From assembly GCF_009914755.1 (NCBI RefSeq), contig NC_060939.1: a stretch of DNA of 64,000 nt; one strand, 5' to 3'. The DNA comes from the human T2T-CHM13v2.0 reference genome, Homo sapiens. This document shows positions 1-11,388 of this stretch, in pieces; the first letter of the stretch is position 1, and every line of letters starts with the position of its first letter. The notes below the pieces were generated by a model, which ran no database searches, was not told where the DNA came from, and saw only the letters and a list, made by a program, of their open reading frames with translations. The position numbers were made by a program, and so were the translations under genes.

Positions 1-57
1 GCCCCCCTCAGCCTCCCAAAGTGCTGGGATTACAGGCATGAGCCACTGCACCCAGCC
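1..57 (-). mobile_element. Alu, partial (5' end of an antisense Alu cut by the window edge)
   Basis: gcctcccaaagtgctgggattacaggcatgagccactgcacccagcc is the reverse complement of the Alu 5' end. Confidence 0.9.
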
Positions 58-870
58 ACCTGTGTATTTTCTGAAACTATTGAACTGGAGAAGAAACAAA
101 ATATCTCCATAGTTTGTCTAAATCAAATCAGAATTGAGTTGCATTTTATTCCCTTTGAGACCCCAATCACGTGAAGCTTCTTGGTACCCTTTGGGTTTAA
201 GATTGGCCTCTCTGGCCTCATGTTGATCTTTTCTTGGGATTCTATTTTATGCACTGTGCAGGGCTGATATCATTATAGCCACTTTATTTGTGAAGAAATT
301 GAGGCAGAGTGGCCAAAGTGACTTTCTCAGATTGACACAGGCTCTTAGTGATGGAGCTGGGCCCAGAATCCAAGGGTGGTGGAGCTTTTGTGCCAAGAGG
401 AGCACCTGAGAGGGCTTCCCTGATTCTTCTCTGTCCCCAGGTGCTGAGAGGACCCAGGGAACTGAGGCTGTCTTTAGGACCCAGTCATAGGTGCCCAAGG
501 CTCTCTGCCTCTTGCCTTGAGGACATTAACCCTAGAAATTCCACTCCTAGGACCTTCTCTCAGAAACCCCAAGGAGGGGGACTACTCAGAGGGAGGTGTG
601 GTGAACATCTGGAGCTCCCTCCTCCTAAGGGGTTCTACTTGTCACCCTGTAGTAATAACTCTTAGCCAATATGCTGTTGTTGTCCTCCTTTAAATTTTTC
701 AAAATTGATTTGTAAAATTTGTTTTGTACCTAAAGTGTACTCTTTATTTGCTGTTTTATTCTCTTTCCATGTTTAAAGTTGATTTTAAAGTCCAGCACTT
801 TTTTTGTTTTTTTTTCCCCAAGACAAATTATTATCGCGAACATCAGGGTTTGTCTCTTTGTGTTTTCCAG

Positions 871-906
871 ACATTCTAAGTGAGACTGTCCACATCATCT
901 AGGAAA
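871..906 (+). other. TLN2: TLN2 5' UTR part of the first coding exon
   Basis: Acceptor tgtgttttccag ends at 870; in-frame TAA at 877-879; strong Kozak context aaaATGG at 904-910. Confidence 0.85.
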
Positions 907-1042
907 ATGGTGGCCCTGTCCTTAAAGATTTGTGTGCGCCACTGCAACGTGGTGAAGACCATGCAGTTTGAACCATCTACAGCTGTGTACGATGCGTGTC
1001 GAGTCATTCGGGAACGGGTGCCTGAGGCACAAACTGGGCAAG
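907..1042 (+). CDS. TLN2: Talin-2 coding exon 1 (c.1-136), F0 subdomain
   Basis: ATG at 907, MVALSLKICVRHCNVVKTMQFEPSTAVYDACRVIRERVPEAQTGQ is the talin-2 N-terminus; donor G|gtaggt. Confidence 0.98.
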
Positions 1043-1734
1043 GTAGGTCATGGGTTATTTACTGGCTTCTTAAAACGTGTTTGCATGTTTTTCACTTTTT
1101 TGCTAAAGAGACAGAGGCTCCAAGTGGTACACAAGCCTATTAGTGCATATGTTTCAAATGAAATACCTTCTTAGATCAGACACTACCTGCTTCCTCTGTG
1201 AGACTTGTGATTACAGTGACCATGCCCACTGCTGAGTCATCATTGTCACTGTGCCCAGCAACTTGACCCTCCCATGCATGAGGATTATGCTGTGCGGTTT
1301 ACAGATCACATTCTCATGTATCATCTCATTGTCCCAAGAAAGTGCAAATGAAGCTGCCCTAACAGTATTGGCGGTATGTGTCCTAAACCCTGTTTCCCAT
1401 GCGTGAACGCTTTCCACTGCCATTGGAACCCAGGGCAGGTCTTATATTTCAAGTTTTTTGACAGGGACTTTATAAATTTTATCTCAAACCTTAAAAAAAA
1501 AGACATTTGTGATATATGTTTTGTTTGAAGTTTGGCTAAATCACTCATCCCGGTTAATCTGAGTTTAAACAAAAGCCACTTGTACCATTTTATTTTCCCC
1601 TTCCCTTTGTCTTCTCTCAATTTGTCTTTCTTTTATTTAGTATTTGACAGGCAGTTGAGAAATTGGATCCCTTCCAAATCAGTAAGTCTTTAGGTGAAAG
1701 TCGGATGAAACTTATCTTAAAAATGGAAAGAATA

Positions 1735-2445
<711 letters not shown>

Positions 2446-2449
2446 GATT

Positions 2450-2740
2450 ATTATTTTTTGAGACAGGGTCTCGCTCTGTCACTGGAGGCTGGAGTGCAGT
2501 GGCCCCATCACACTTCACTGCAGCCTCAACCTTCCAGGCTCAAGTGATCCTCTCGCCTCAGCCTCCTGAATAGATGGGACTACAGGTGCACACGCCACCA
2601 CACCCGGCTAATTTTTGTATTTTTTGTAGATACAAGGTCTTGCTATGTTGCCCAGGCTGGTCTCATACTCCTGTGCCCAACTGATCCACCCACCTCTCAA
2701 AGTGCTAGGATTACAGGCGTGAGCAACTGCGCCCCCTGGC
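2450..2740 (-). mobile_element. Alu (AluJ-like)
   Basis: gagacagggtctcgctctgtc...gctcaagtgatcctc, AluJ-type antisense body. Confidence 0.85.
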
Positions 2741-3680
2741 TATTAAAACATTATTTATGCTATTAGTAGTGTTTCTAGATTACTCAGAAATAAGGTTTGC
2801 TACATCCCTAACTTTACTATTTGGTTGTCCAGTCATTTCTGGTGCCTTTACTTTTCTGTTCCCTTTTTCTGTTGTTTTTCTGTCGGATTTTTTTTTTGGT
2901 GGGGGTGGGGAGCTTGATTGCTATATAGTGCTGGTGAAGGTATAAACCTTTAAAGATTTTGAAGTTGCTTTTCTAAGAAACAGCAGGAGCTCTTACCCTC
3001 ATCTGGGTCTCAGAAGAAAGAGAGAAATTTTGGGGTAGGAAATGGTACTGCTCCTCTCCTGCCACCCCACCCCCTTCGTACTTCCTATGTCAGATTAAGG
3101 GGTTCCTGCAGAGAACACCAAATTTAATTTTGCACCTTTTACATGATTTGTTGGTGGTCGGGGTCAGAGGCCTCATCTCACAAGGAACTCCTACCTCTCT
3201 TTTACGCTGCTCAGTTGGGATGATGGAGGGGTCACTGGAGACGTAAAGGCTTCATTTGTCCCCCTTTGCCTGAGTGGCCTTGGGCATAGGTGGTCACTTC
3301 CTTAGTTTCTCCCCCGCTGTCTTGTCATTCTCCATGGGATGTTGGTCTGGTTTTTATAGCAAGGGATAGAGAACAAGCTCAAATTCAGTTAGAAAGAAAT
3401 TTGGACTGCTTCTAAATTTTCCTACATTTTAGACACAACTACAGCCCACTGGTTTTAGGAAACACGGACCTTATTTGTGGGTGTTGCTTCTGCAACTCAA
3501 CTCTTACTCCTCCAGATCTGCTCCAGCCCTGATGGCTGCTTGTGTTGTCAAAACGAAACATTGCTGTCTGGTGAAGGAGAACACCCACATCCTTGCTGAG
3601 TCAGCAGGCTCAGGGCCTGGAAGTCAGTGATGGCTTCATCACCACTTTGCCTTCTGTTTTTCTTCCCATTTATATTTCAG

Positions 3681-3778
3681 CTTCTGACTATGGACTCTTT
3701 CTTTCGGATGAAGACCCGAGGAAAGGGATTTGGCTGGAAGCGGGCAGAACACTGGATTACTACATGTTGCGGAATGGG
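3681..3778 (+). CDS. TLN2: Talin-2 coding exon 2 (c.137-234), F0
   Basis: tttcag|CTTCTGAC...AATGGG|gtatgc; encodes ASDYGLFLSDEDPRKGIWLEAGRTLDYYMLRNG; phase matches exon 1. Confidence 0.98.
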
Positions 3779-4882
3779 GTATGCTGCCAATCCCAGTGCT
3801 GTTTCTTCATCCCTTTGTCCCTGGGCCTTCTTCCATAGACGCCAACACGGTTACGCTATTTTGATTCAAGGGCATCTTATTAATAGTTCGATGCATTGTA
3901 CTTTGTAAGGGCTGTTCAGGTGGTGATAGAAAATGTCAGATATCCAAATTCTTGAGATTCCATAGAAGGATTGAAGCAGTTCGAGGTTAGTATTTTAAGT
4001 AGTTTCTACTTGTCGTTGTTGGATTTGGTAATTGTGAGATAAGATACAGCATCTTACTGTAAGTATGGAAGAGATATTCCTATGCCTGGAGATGGGAAGT
4101 AAGAACAAATGAGAGGGAAAAACAAAATGTAACCCTAATGGTAGTTAGAGACTGAATATTAGTGTTTTGTTTCTGAAAAAGAAACTTCAGTTTGAGATGT
4201 GAGTTTAATAATGATCAGTAGTAGTAACAGCAGCAACAAAAATGGTTGTGTTATGGAAATAGGGAGAAGTAATGAGTAAAAACATATTAAACATTTTGTT
4301 CAGCTTAACCTCCAAGATACCGGGTTTTGGTATGTAGGGTGAAGTGCACCCATCAGATTGATGGGTATTCCATAAAGTAAGAGTGAAATATGTGATGCCA
4401 ATTAATTTGGATAAGAAATGAATAGTTTAGTTTTAGGAAGTTCATACTTCTAGTTTTAGGAAGTGTAGTAAACAAGTTACTTAAAAATATCCCCCAAACA
4501 TGTTACCCCTGTTTGGTCTTGTCATTAATGTATTTTAACACACTCTTTTGAAAATCACGACTACTGTGATACTCCACTAATATGAAGAATGATGAGGATG
4601 CTATTTATGTCTTTCATTATTTCTAAGATATAAGGTAAAATGTATTTATAGTAAAAATTAAAAATATTTTTATATGCAAATAGTAAAGACATAGAGATAG
4701 TAAAAATTGCTTATGACAGGTTAAAAGATAATTGGAGACACACACTGATGTCTTTTTAACAGGCAAGTAGTCACCTCCCTCTGCTAATTCTCCTTAGAGC
4801 AGATCATTCTCAGCCTTGCAGGAGGTCATACTCTACTTTCATTTCACTGAGGATGGTTTTCAGTAATTGTAAGGCATAAGTA

Positions 4883-5577
4883 TGACTTCTTTGGGTTCAA
4901 TTTCACTATCAAATTTTTAAGAAATCTTTATGAAAGCAGTTATTTAGCACTGGAGAAAAAATTGAAGGTGACTCTAGGTGACAGATATAGAATGTTCAGT
5001 ACACTATTTTTTCAACATTGTGCCGTGTTTGGAATTTTTCATAAGAAAATTATTGGGAAAATAATTGAAGATAGCCTAAGAGAATATAGATAGATTGTAT
5101 ATGGAAATAATGAAAGAAACCAGACTTCACAAGTTCTTTAATACAATTTTAATTACTGGTCAAAACAAACAAGAAATAACCTGTATAGCTTTCAAGCCAG
5201 TAGGGGTAGGAGGGAAGAAATGCAGGTATGTTGACCATTAAAATAGGAGAAGTGCAGGGCGGCTTATGGAAACAAAGTGAAAAGAACGTATGGAATAAGA
5301 TAGGGTAAACACTTTTAAATATATTAGGCATCATACAGAATGTAAGTAAATGAAATGCAGCAATAACAGAGATTCTCACTGAATGGAATTTTTTTGTAAG
5401 TCCAGGTCTGTACTATCTCTAAAAGACGTAGTGGCAACAATCCCCTGAAAACTTTGAAAGGTTTTCAAAGATGTTTTAGAAGAAAGGGAAAATCAGAGTC
5501 TACTCTGATTTTTTTAAAATTCATTTTTTAAAGAAAAGTGTTCAAGTTTGTTATTTATTTTCCCCACACAGTGTGAA
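4883..5577 (+). repeat. Copy A of a local ~225-bp direct duplication (other copy 6349-6573), split by a 470-bp insert
   Basis: 4883-4956 plus 5428-5577 align colinearly with 6349-6573 (tgacttctttgggt...ttagcactggaga / gtagtg...aaaagtgttcaagtttgtta...acagtgtgaa). Confidence 0.85.
4958..5427 (+). repeat. 470-bp direct copy of 14725-15197
   Basis: Both run from aaaattgaaggtgactctaggtgacag to tactatctctaaaagac; about 14 substitutions and 3 small indels counted by eye. Confidence 0.95.
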
Positions 5578-5601
5578 ATTTGTATGTGGTTTGTGCTCTA
5601 G

Positions 5602-5731
5602 GATATTTTGGAATATAAAAAGAAACAGAGACCTCAGAAAATCCGGATGCTGGATGGATCTGTGAAGACAGTGATGGTGGATGATTCCAAGACTGTGGGG
5701 GAGCTCCTGGTCACTATTTGTAGCAGAATAG
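5602..5731 (+). CDS. TLN2: Talin-2 coding exon 3 (c.235-364), F0/F1
   Basis: ctctag|GATATT...ATAG|gtgagc; DILEYKKKQRPQKIRMLDGSVKTVMVDDSKTVGELLVTICSRI. Confidence 0.98.
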
Positions 5732-6348
5732 GTGAGCATTCATACACCTTCATTATGTCTTTTTGCTTAGTTTTTAATTACAGGCCTCTTCTTTTTTCCA
5801 CCTGCATTTGATCTCTAGGCAACTTTGAATGTGTCTTAACACGCCCAGTTCTGCCTAATCCCCAGAGGGTGTGTCCATTCTCCCAACTTGCCAATCCATG
5901 AAACATTTGGACTTCTCACTAAGTCACAACGGAGGGCTTTCATTTCCCTCTCCAAAACAAGAAGATTTTCAAATGGAAAGTCATGTGTAATTCAGCCTTC
6001 TGCCCATTGCTGCCTTCTATTCTATATGAGCACTCTAGATGTTCACTATCTCCTTGAGTACTTACGATGACAGCCCACATGATTATTAGATAGTCTTTCT
6101 TCTTGTGGCTTCTGTTAGTCTCCCCAGAGAACAAGTCTGCCTCCTTTCTAATGAAGCCCTTCAAATATTTGAAGAAAATAGACTTACCTATCTTAGTTTT
6201 CTCTTCATGCAAAGGAAGCCTAGTTCCTTCAGACACTTCTTGTTTGACACTGTCTTGCCTTCTTCTGCATGACCTCCTCTGTGGCGGTGTTTCCCAAAAA
6301 TTATTATAGATGAGAGAATTGAATGTGACATAAGTTCTACTATACGCG

Positions 6349-6573
6349 TGACTTCTTTGGGTACGATTTCACTACTACATTTTTAGGAAACCTTTATGAA
6401 AGGAATTACTTAGCACTGGAGATTCTGTATTGTAGTGACAATAACCCTGTGAAAATGTAGGAAGGTTTCAAAGACATTTTGGAAGAAAGAGGAAATCAGA
6501 GTCTGATTTTTAAAAATTCGTTTTTGAAAAAAAAGTGTTCAAGTTTGTTACCTGTTTTCCCCCACAGTGTGAA
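6349..6573 (+). repeat. Copy B (uninterrupted) of the local duplication flanking exon 3
   Basis: Colinear with 4883-4956 plus 5428-5577; has ttctgtatt where copy A has the insert. Confidence 0.85.
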
Positions 6574-6758
6574 TATGACTTAACTAGCTGAAGCTTCTTC
6601 ATTTAATTTGATGTGGCCACCTCCCTGACCCTCATATTTGTAAGGCCGTTTCTGGTTCTTTGCCACCAGGAGCTCCTTGGAATATCACAGGCCTTAGGCT
6701 GGAAGAGGTTGACAGCAGTTTAATTATTTATAATTATAACCTAATTTCCAATGTTTAG

Positions 6759-6911
6759 GAATAACAAATTATGAAGAATACTCCTTAATCCAAGAAACTA
6801 TTGAAGAAAAGAAAGAGGAAGGAACGGGCACACTCAAAAAAGACAGGACACTGTTACGAGATGAGAGGAAAATGGAGAAGTTGAAGGCCAAGCTGCACAC
6901 AGATGATGACC
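6759..6911 (+). CDS. TLN2: Talin-2 coding exon 4 (c.365-517), F1 including the F1 loop
   Basis: tttag|GAATAAC...GACC|gtaagt; GITNYEEYSLIQETIEEKKEEGTGTLKKDRTLLRDERKMEKLKAKLHTDDD; not shown on + in the ORF track. Confidence 0.97.
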
Positions 6912-7040
6912 GTAAGTGTTTGCAGAGGAAGCATGATACAGACACACAGGCTTTGCTAAGCCTCACTTCCCTCCCACCATCCATATGACCCAGGACAGGA
7001 CTTTTGATTTTTGTTTTTAAAACTCTATTTTAAAAAAGTA

Positions 7041-7343
<303 letters not shown>

Positions 7344-8068
7344 TTAAAAAAAAAAAAAGTAATTGTAATACCATTTCACATCTAAAGAAATATCTTAATA
7401 TCAGATATACAAATCATGTTCACATTTTCTTCATTATTGTCTAAAAATTTTTTTAATAGTGTCAACTGGGATCCAAATAAGGTTGAACAAGTTAATTAGT
7501 TAATTAATTTGTTTTACTAAGTGTCTTTCCATCTCTTTTTTTGACTAATACTAATGATGTATATTTATGGGATGCATTGTGATATATCTGTGTAGACACT
7601 GAAGAAGGATTCAGTCAAGCTAATTAACATATCCATCACCTCACCAATGTATCTTCTTTTGTGGTAAGATTGTTAAAAATCTATTATTAGCATTTTTGAA
7701 ATATATAATACGTTATTATTAATTGTGGTCACCACTCAGTGTGATAGTGCATGTCTTTTTGCAGTTTTTGTGTATGTGAAGAAACCAGATTGTTAGCTGT
7801 ACAGCATTTCATACAGTCTGGATTTTCTTCATTGCATACCTATGGTGTCATTTAACATGTTCCTCTGTCCCTTTTAATTCTTTAGATCTGGAGGCTTGAA
7901 TAGATTTAAATGTTTGTGTTTATTATAATAAAGATGCTTTCTTCAGTGGTGATGTGCACTTCCATCAGGAAGTGTTTCTGGTTTTCTTTTTTGGGGGGAT
8001 GTTTAACATCCATCAATGACCATTGCCTTAGACCCATTATTTCCTTAGGAGTTAAAAATAGTAATAGT

Positions 8069-8405
<337 letters not shown>

Positions 8406-9432
8406 TCATTTTCTACAGCCACACAGTTAATATATGGAAAAGCCAGCACGTAACCCCATGTGTCCCTAAAGCCCATGCTGTTTGCACCTTGCTGCCTGAC
8501 CCTCCACTGAAAGGGTCTTAATTTATTACCCAGTCCACCTAGACTTCCTGGCCTCTTTCCTCCTTTCATTGTATTTGTTCTTGTGGCTGTATCGGGATGA
8601 CATCATTATTGCCATTGTGTTTATTGATCTTCTGTGAGGCTCTCATTTCCTCTCACCCTTTCTGTGTTTTTTTTTTCTTACTCCCTAATTTGATTTGCAG
8701 TTATATACTTCTTTTCAAGAGACTTTAGTAGAAAAATCCCAAGGATTTATTATTATGTGCAAAATACTCTCCCAGGTACTGTGGGAGATGTGGGAGACAC
8801 GTTTTGTGTACTCAGGTTGCTTATAATCTAGAGACGCTGGTGATAAGGACTTAACCCACAATGTGTTTGAAGCCCAGAGAGGAGTGTTGGAGTGAGAGCT
8901 GTGAAAGTGTAGAGGGGAGTGGTCGAATCCTGTGCACATAGATGTGAGGACAGGGTTCTCAGAATGGCTGAGATTTAAGCTGGCCCATGGCACGGTTCTG
9001 CCAGCCCCCCTTTAGTGTTGTCTCCGCTACTCCCTCCATACTTTCATTTTCTTCCTCTTTTCTACTTGAGATCAGAGGTAACTTACTATGCTCATAGCCT
9101 CAAGATCACTTTATTAGGTGAGACTGGAGTATCTGCCCTCCACCCTGCCACCGGAGAGGCAGCATATTATACATTCATTGTAGTGCTTTAGCTATAACTT
9201 TAGGAATGGCTGGGAATTTTCTCCCTCATTTCCATTTTGGCTGGTCCTTTGGTAGATGTGAAATTATTTTGCAAAGCTTAAAAGCCATAGTTCTAAAATA
9301 AGAAATAACTATAACTACTATAACTAAGTATCAGAGATACAGAAATCTGCATCACACTGCTCTTTTGGTAAATTCCCTTTAATTAACAGGAAAAATAAAC
9401 ACAGTTCTCTTATATGTCTTGTTGTGTTGCAG

Positions 9433-9575
9433 TAAATTGGCTGGATCACAGCCGAACATTCAGAGAACAAGGAGTAGATGAAAACGAAACGTTGCTGCTT
9501 AGACGGAAGTTCTTTTACTCTGATCAGAATGTAGATTCGAGAGACCCCGTGCAGCTGAACTTGCTTTATGTTCAG
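9433..9575 (+). CDS. TLN2: Talin-2 coding exon 5 (c.518-660), F1/F2
   Basis: ttgcag|TAAATTGG...GTTCAG|gtacag; LNWLDHSRTFREQGVDENETLLLRRKFFYSDQNVDSRDPVQLNLLYVQ. Confidence 0.98.
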
Positions 9576-10216
9576 GTACAGTATTTACTGCTCAGACACT
9601 GAGGTTGGTGAGATTGCAGGAAGCTCCTGGCTGTATCTTGTGGCGAGCAGGAGGGCGGCGCTGGCTTCTGCCACATTTATGGCGTCGTTTCCAGCAGGCG
9701 CTGCTCGTGGGTCCCCGCATGTGTTTGGTTGTGGTGCAGGTTGATATTCTGGATGAGCAGCTGACCATCCGGAGTAGGGCCTCCCTATGGCTTCCCAGAT
9801 TGTGTCCTGGTAGCCAACACTGTGTCCCTCTCTGCCGGGCTTTGAGGGACAGTTGTATTTCACTTAACTGGCTCACCATTTCAAGTGCACTAAAGGTTTC
9901 TTAGCTGGCATCTTAGAATGCAAGAGAATGTTGGTCAGAAATCAGGACTCTCATTAACTGGAAGATATCCTCTCAATAACCTTTCATGTCTTTACCCTTA
10001 ACTAATTGTTAAAACTGACAAGTCATTTAACATATCTGAGTTGCGGTTTCCCAGTATGTAAGATGTGGATTGCACTAGATTGTCCCCAAGGTTTCTTGTG
10101 GCTCAAGGAAAACATCATCCATCTTTGTCCTCTCCTACCAGCTTCCTTTCTTCCTTTCCTTCCCTCCCTCCCTTTCCTCTCGTTATTTATCCATCTATCT
10201 GCCCATAGAAATAATG

Positions 10217-10459
10217 TAGGGGTTGGCAAACTACAGTCATGCCTTTTGCCTGTACTTGTCAATAAAGTTGTATTGGAACACAGCTTATGTATTCAAGTAT
10301 TACATATTGATAAATCCCCTTGAGGGTTATGTAATTGTTACACATATCTTCTGTGGCTGTTCTCGCATTCTGGTGACAGAACTCAGTGACAGAGACTGTG
10401 TGGCCCAGGAGGTTTGAAATGTTTACTATTTGGCCTTTAGAGAAGTTTCCTGACCCCTG
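10217..10459. mobile_element. MER58-like hAT-Charlie DNA transposon relic
   Basis: Imperfect TIRs taggggttggcaaact ... agtttcctgacccctg; internal aataaagttgtattggaacacagc. Confidence 0.7.
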
Positions 10460-11260
10460 AGTTAGTGGACGGAAGGATGGCATGGAAAGAGGGCTGAGAG
10501 GAAAGAAGTGGGGAGGCCAAAAGGAGAGAGATAGCAGGGCAGTGAAAAGATGCTTGTTGGCTTAAGGCTTAGAGTGATAGCTTGGAGTGTCCATCTTAGG
10601 GTGATCTGGGGGTCATTTAGAGAAAGGAAAGGCTGAAAAGGTGGGGGGGGGGAAGCAACAGCAGTGATGGATGGAGAAACTGGGAGGAGGAGGAGTTCAG
10701 ACACAACAAGCTCCCCATTTTAGGATGCATTCGCTTGTCATTTCCCCTGCTGTCTTGAGTATTGAGTTCTTGTCTGTGTGTGTGTGTGCCTATCGCCTTT
10801 CTTTCTCTTCCTCTATTACATTGGTTTTTATCTGGGGATGGGGGTTGGGTTGATTTTACCTCTAGATATTTGATTAGCTAGCTTTGTGATTTAGGATTGT
10901 AAAAAGTACACTGTATTTGTCTTTTGGCCTCTTTGAAGCTGATCATTTCATATGAGTTTCCTTTGCCTCTTTTTATAATCACTTCTGCCTTTCTGGACTG
11001 TCATCAAACTTTGCTTTTGCTGTACTGGACACCTCTAATGTTTTCCATCTACAGGCCATTTTGGACAAAAGTTTGTTTTTCTTTTGCCTTAGTTTTCTCC
11101 CATGCGGTGATCATCCACTGTGTCCTGCACATGTCACCGTGGGTTGGCTGGCACTGTCCCCTGCTCCACAGAGGGTGTACTGGGCCATGGGAATGCGTCA
11201 GTGGAGAGAACGTGTCACTCCCCGAAGCCTCTGATGCTTTTCCTTCCTCTTGTGTTTCAG

Positions 11261-11388
11261 GCACGGGATGACATCCTGAATGGCTCTCACCCTGTCTCCT
11301 TCGAGAAAGCTTGTGAGTTTGGTGGATTTCAAGCCCAGATACAATTTGGACCTCATGTGGAACATAAACACAAACCTGGATTTTTAGA
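11261..11388 (+). CDS. TLN2: Talin-2 coding exon 6 (c.661-788), F2
   Basis: tttcag|GCACGG...TTAGA|gtaaat; ARDDILNGSHPVSFEKACEFGGFQAQIQFGPHVEHKHKPGFL. Confidence 0.98.

Noticed and set aside
421-600. Strong acceptor-like tract (ttcttctctgtccccag at 440) as a possible extra 5' UTR exon
   Set aside because: Only weak downstream donors; cannot be supported without transcript data
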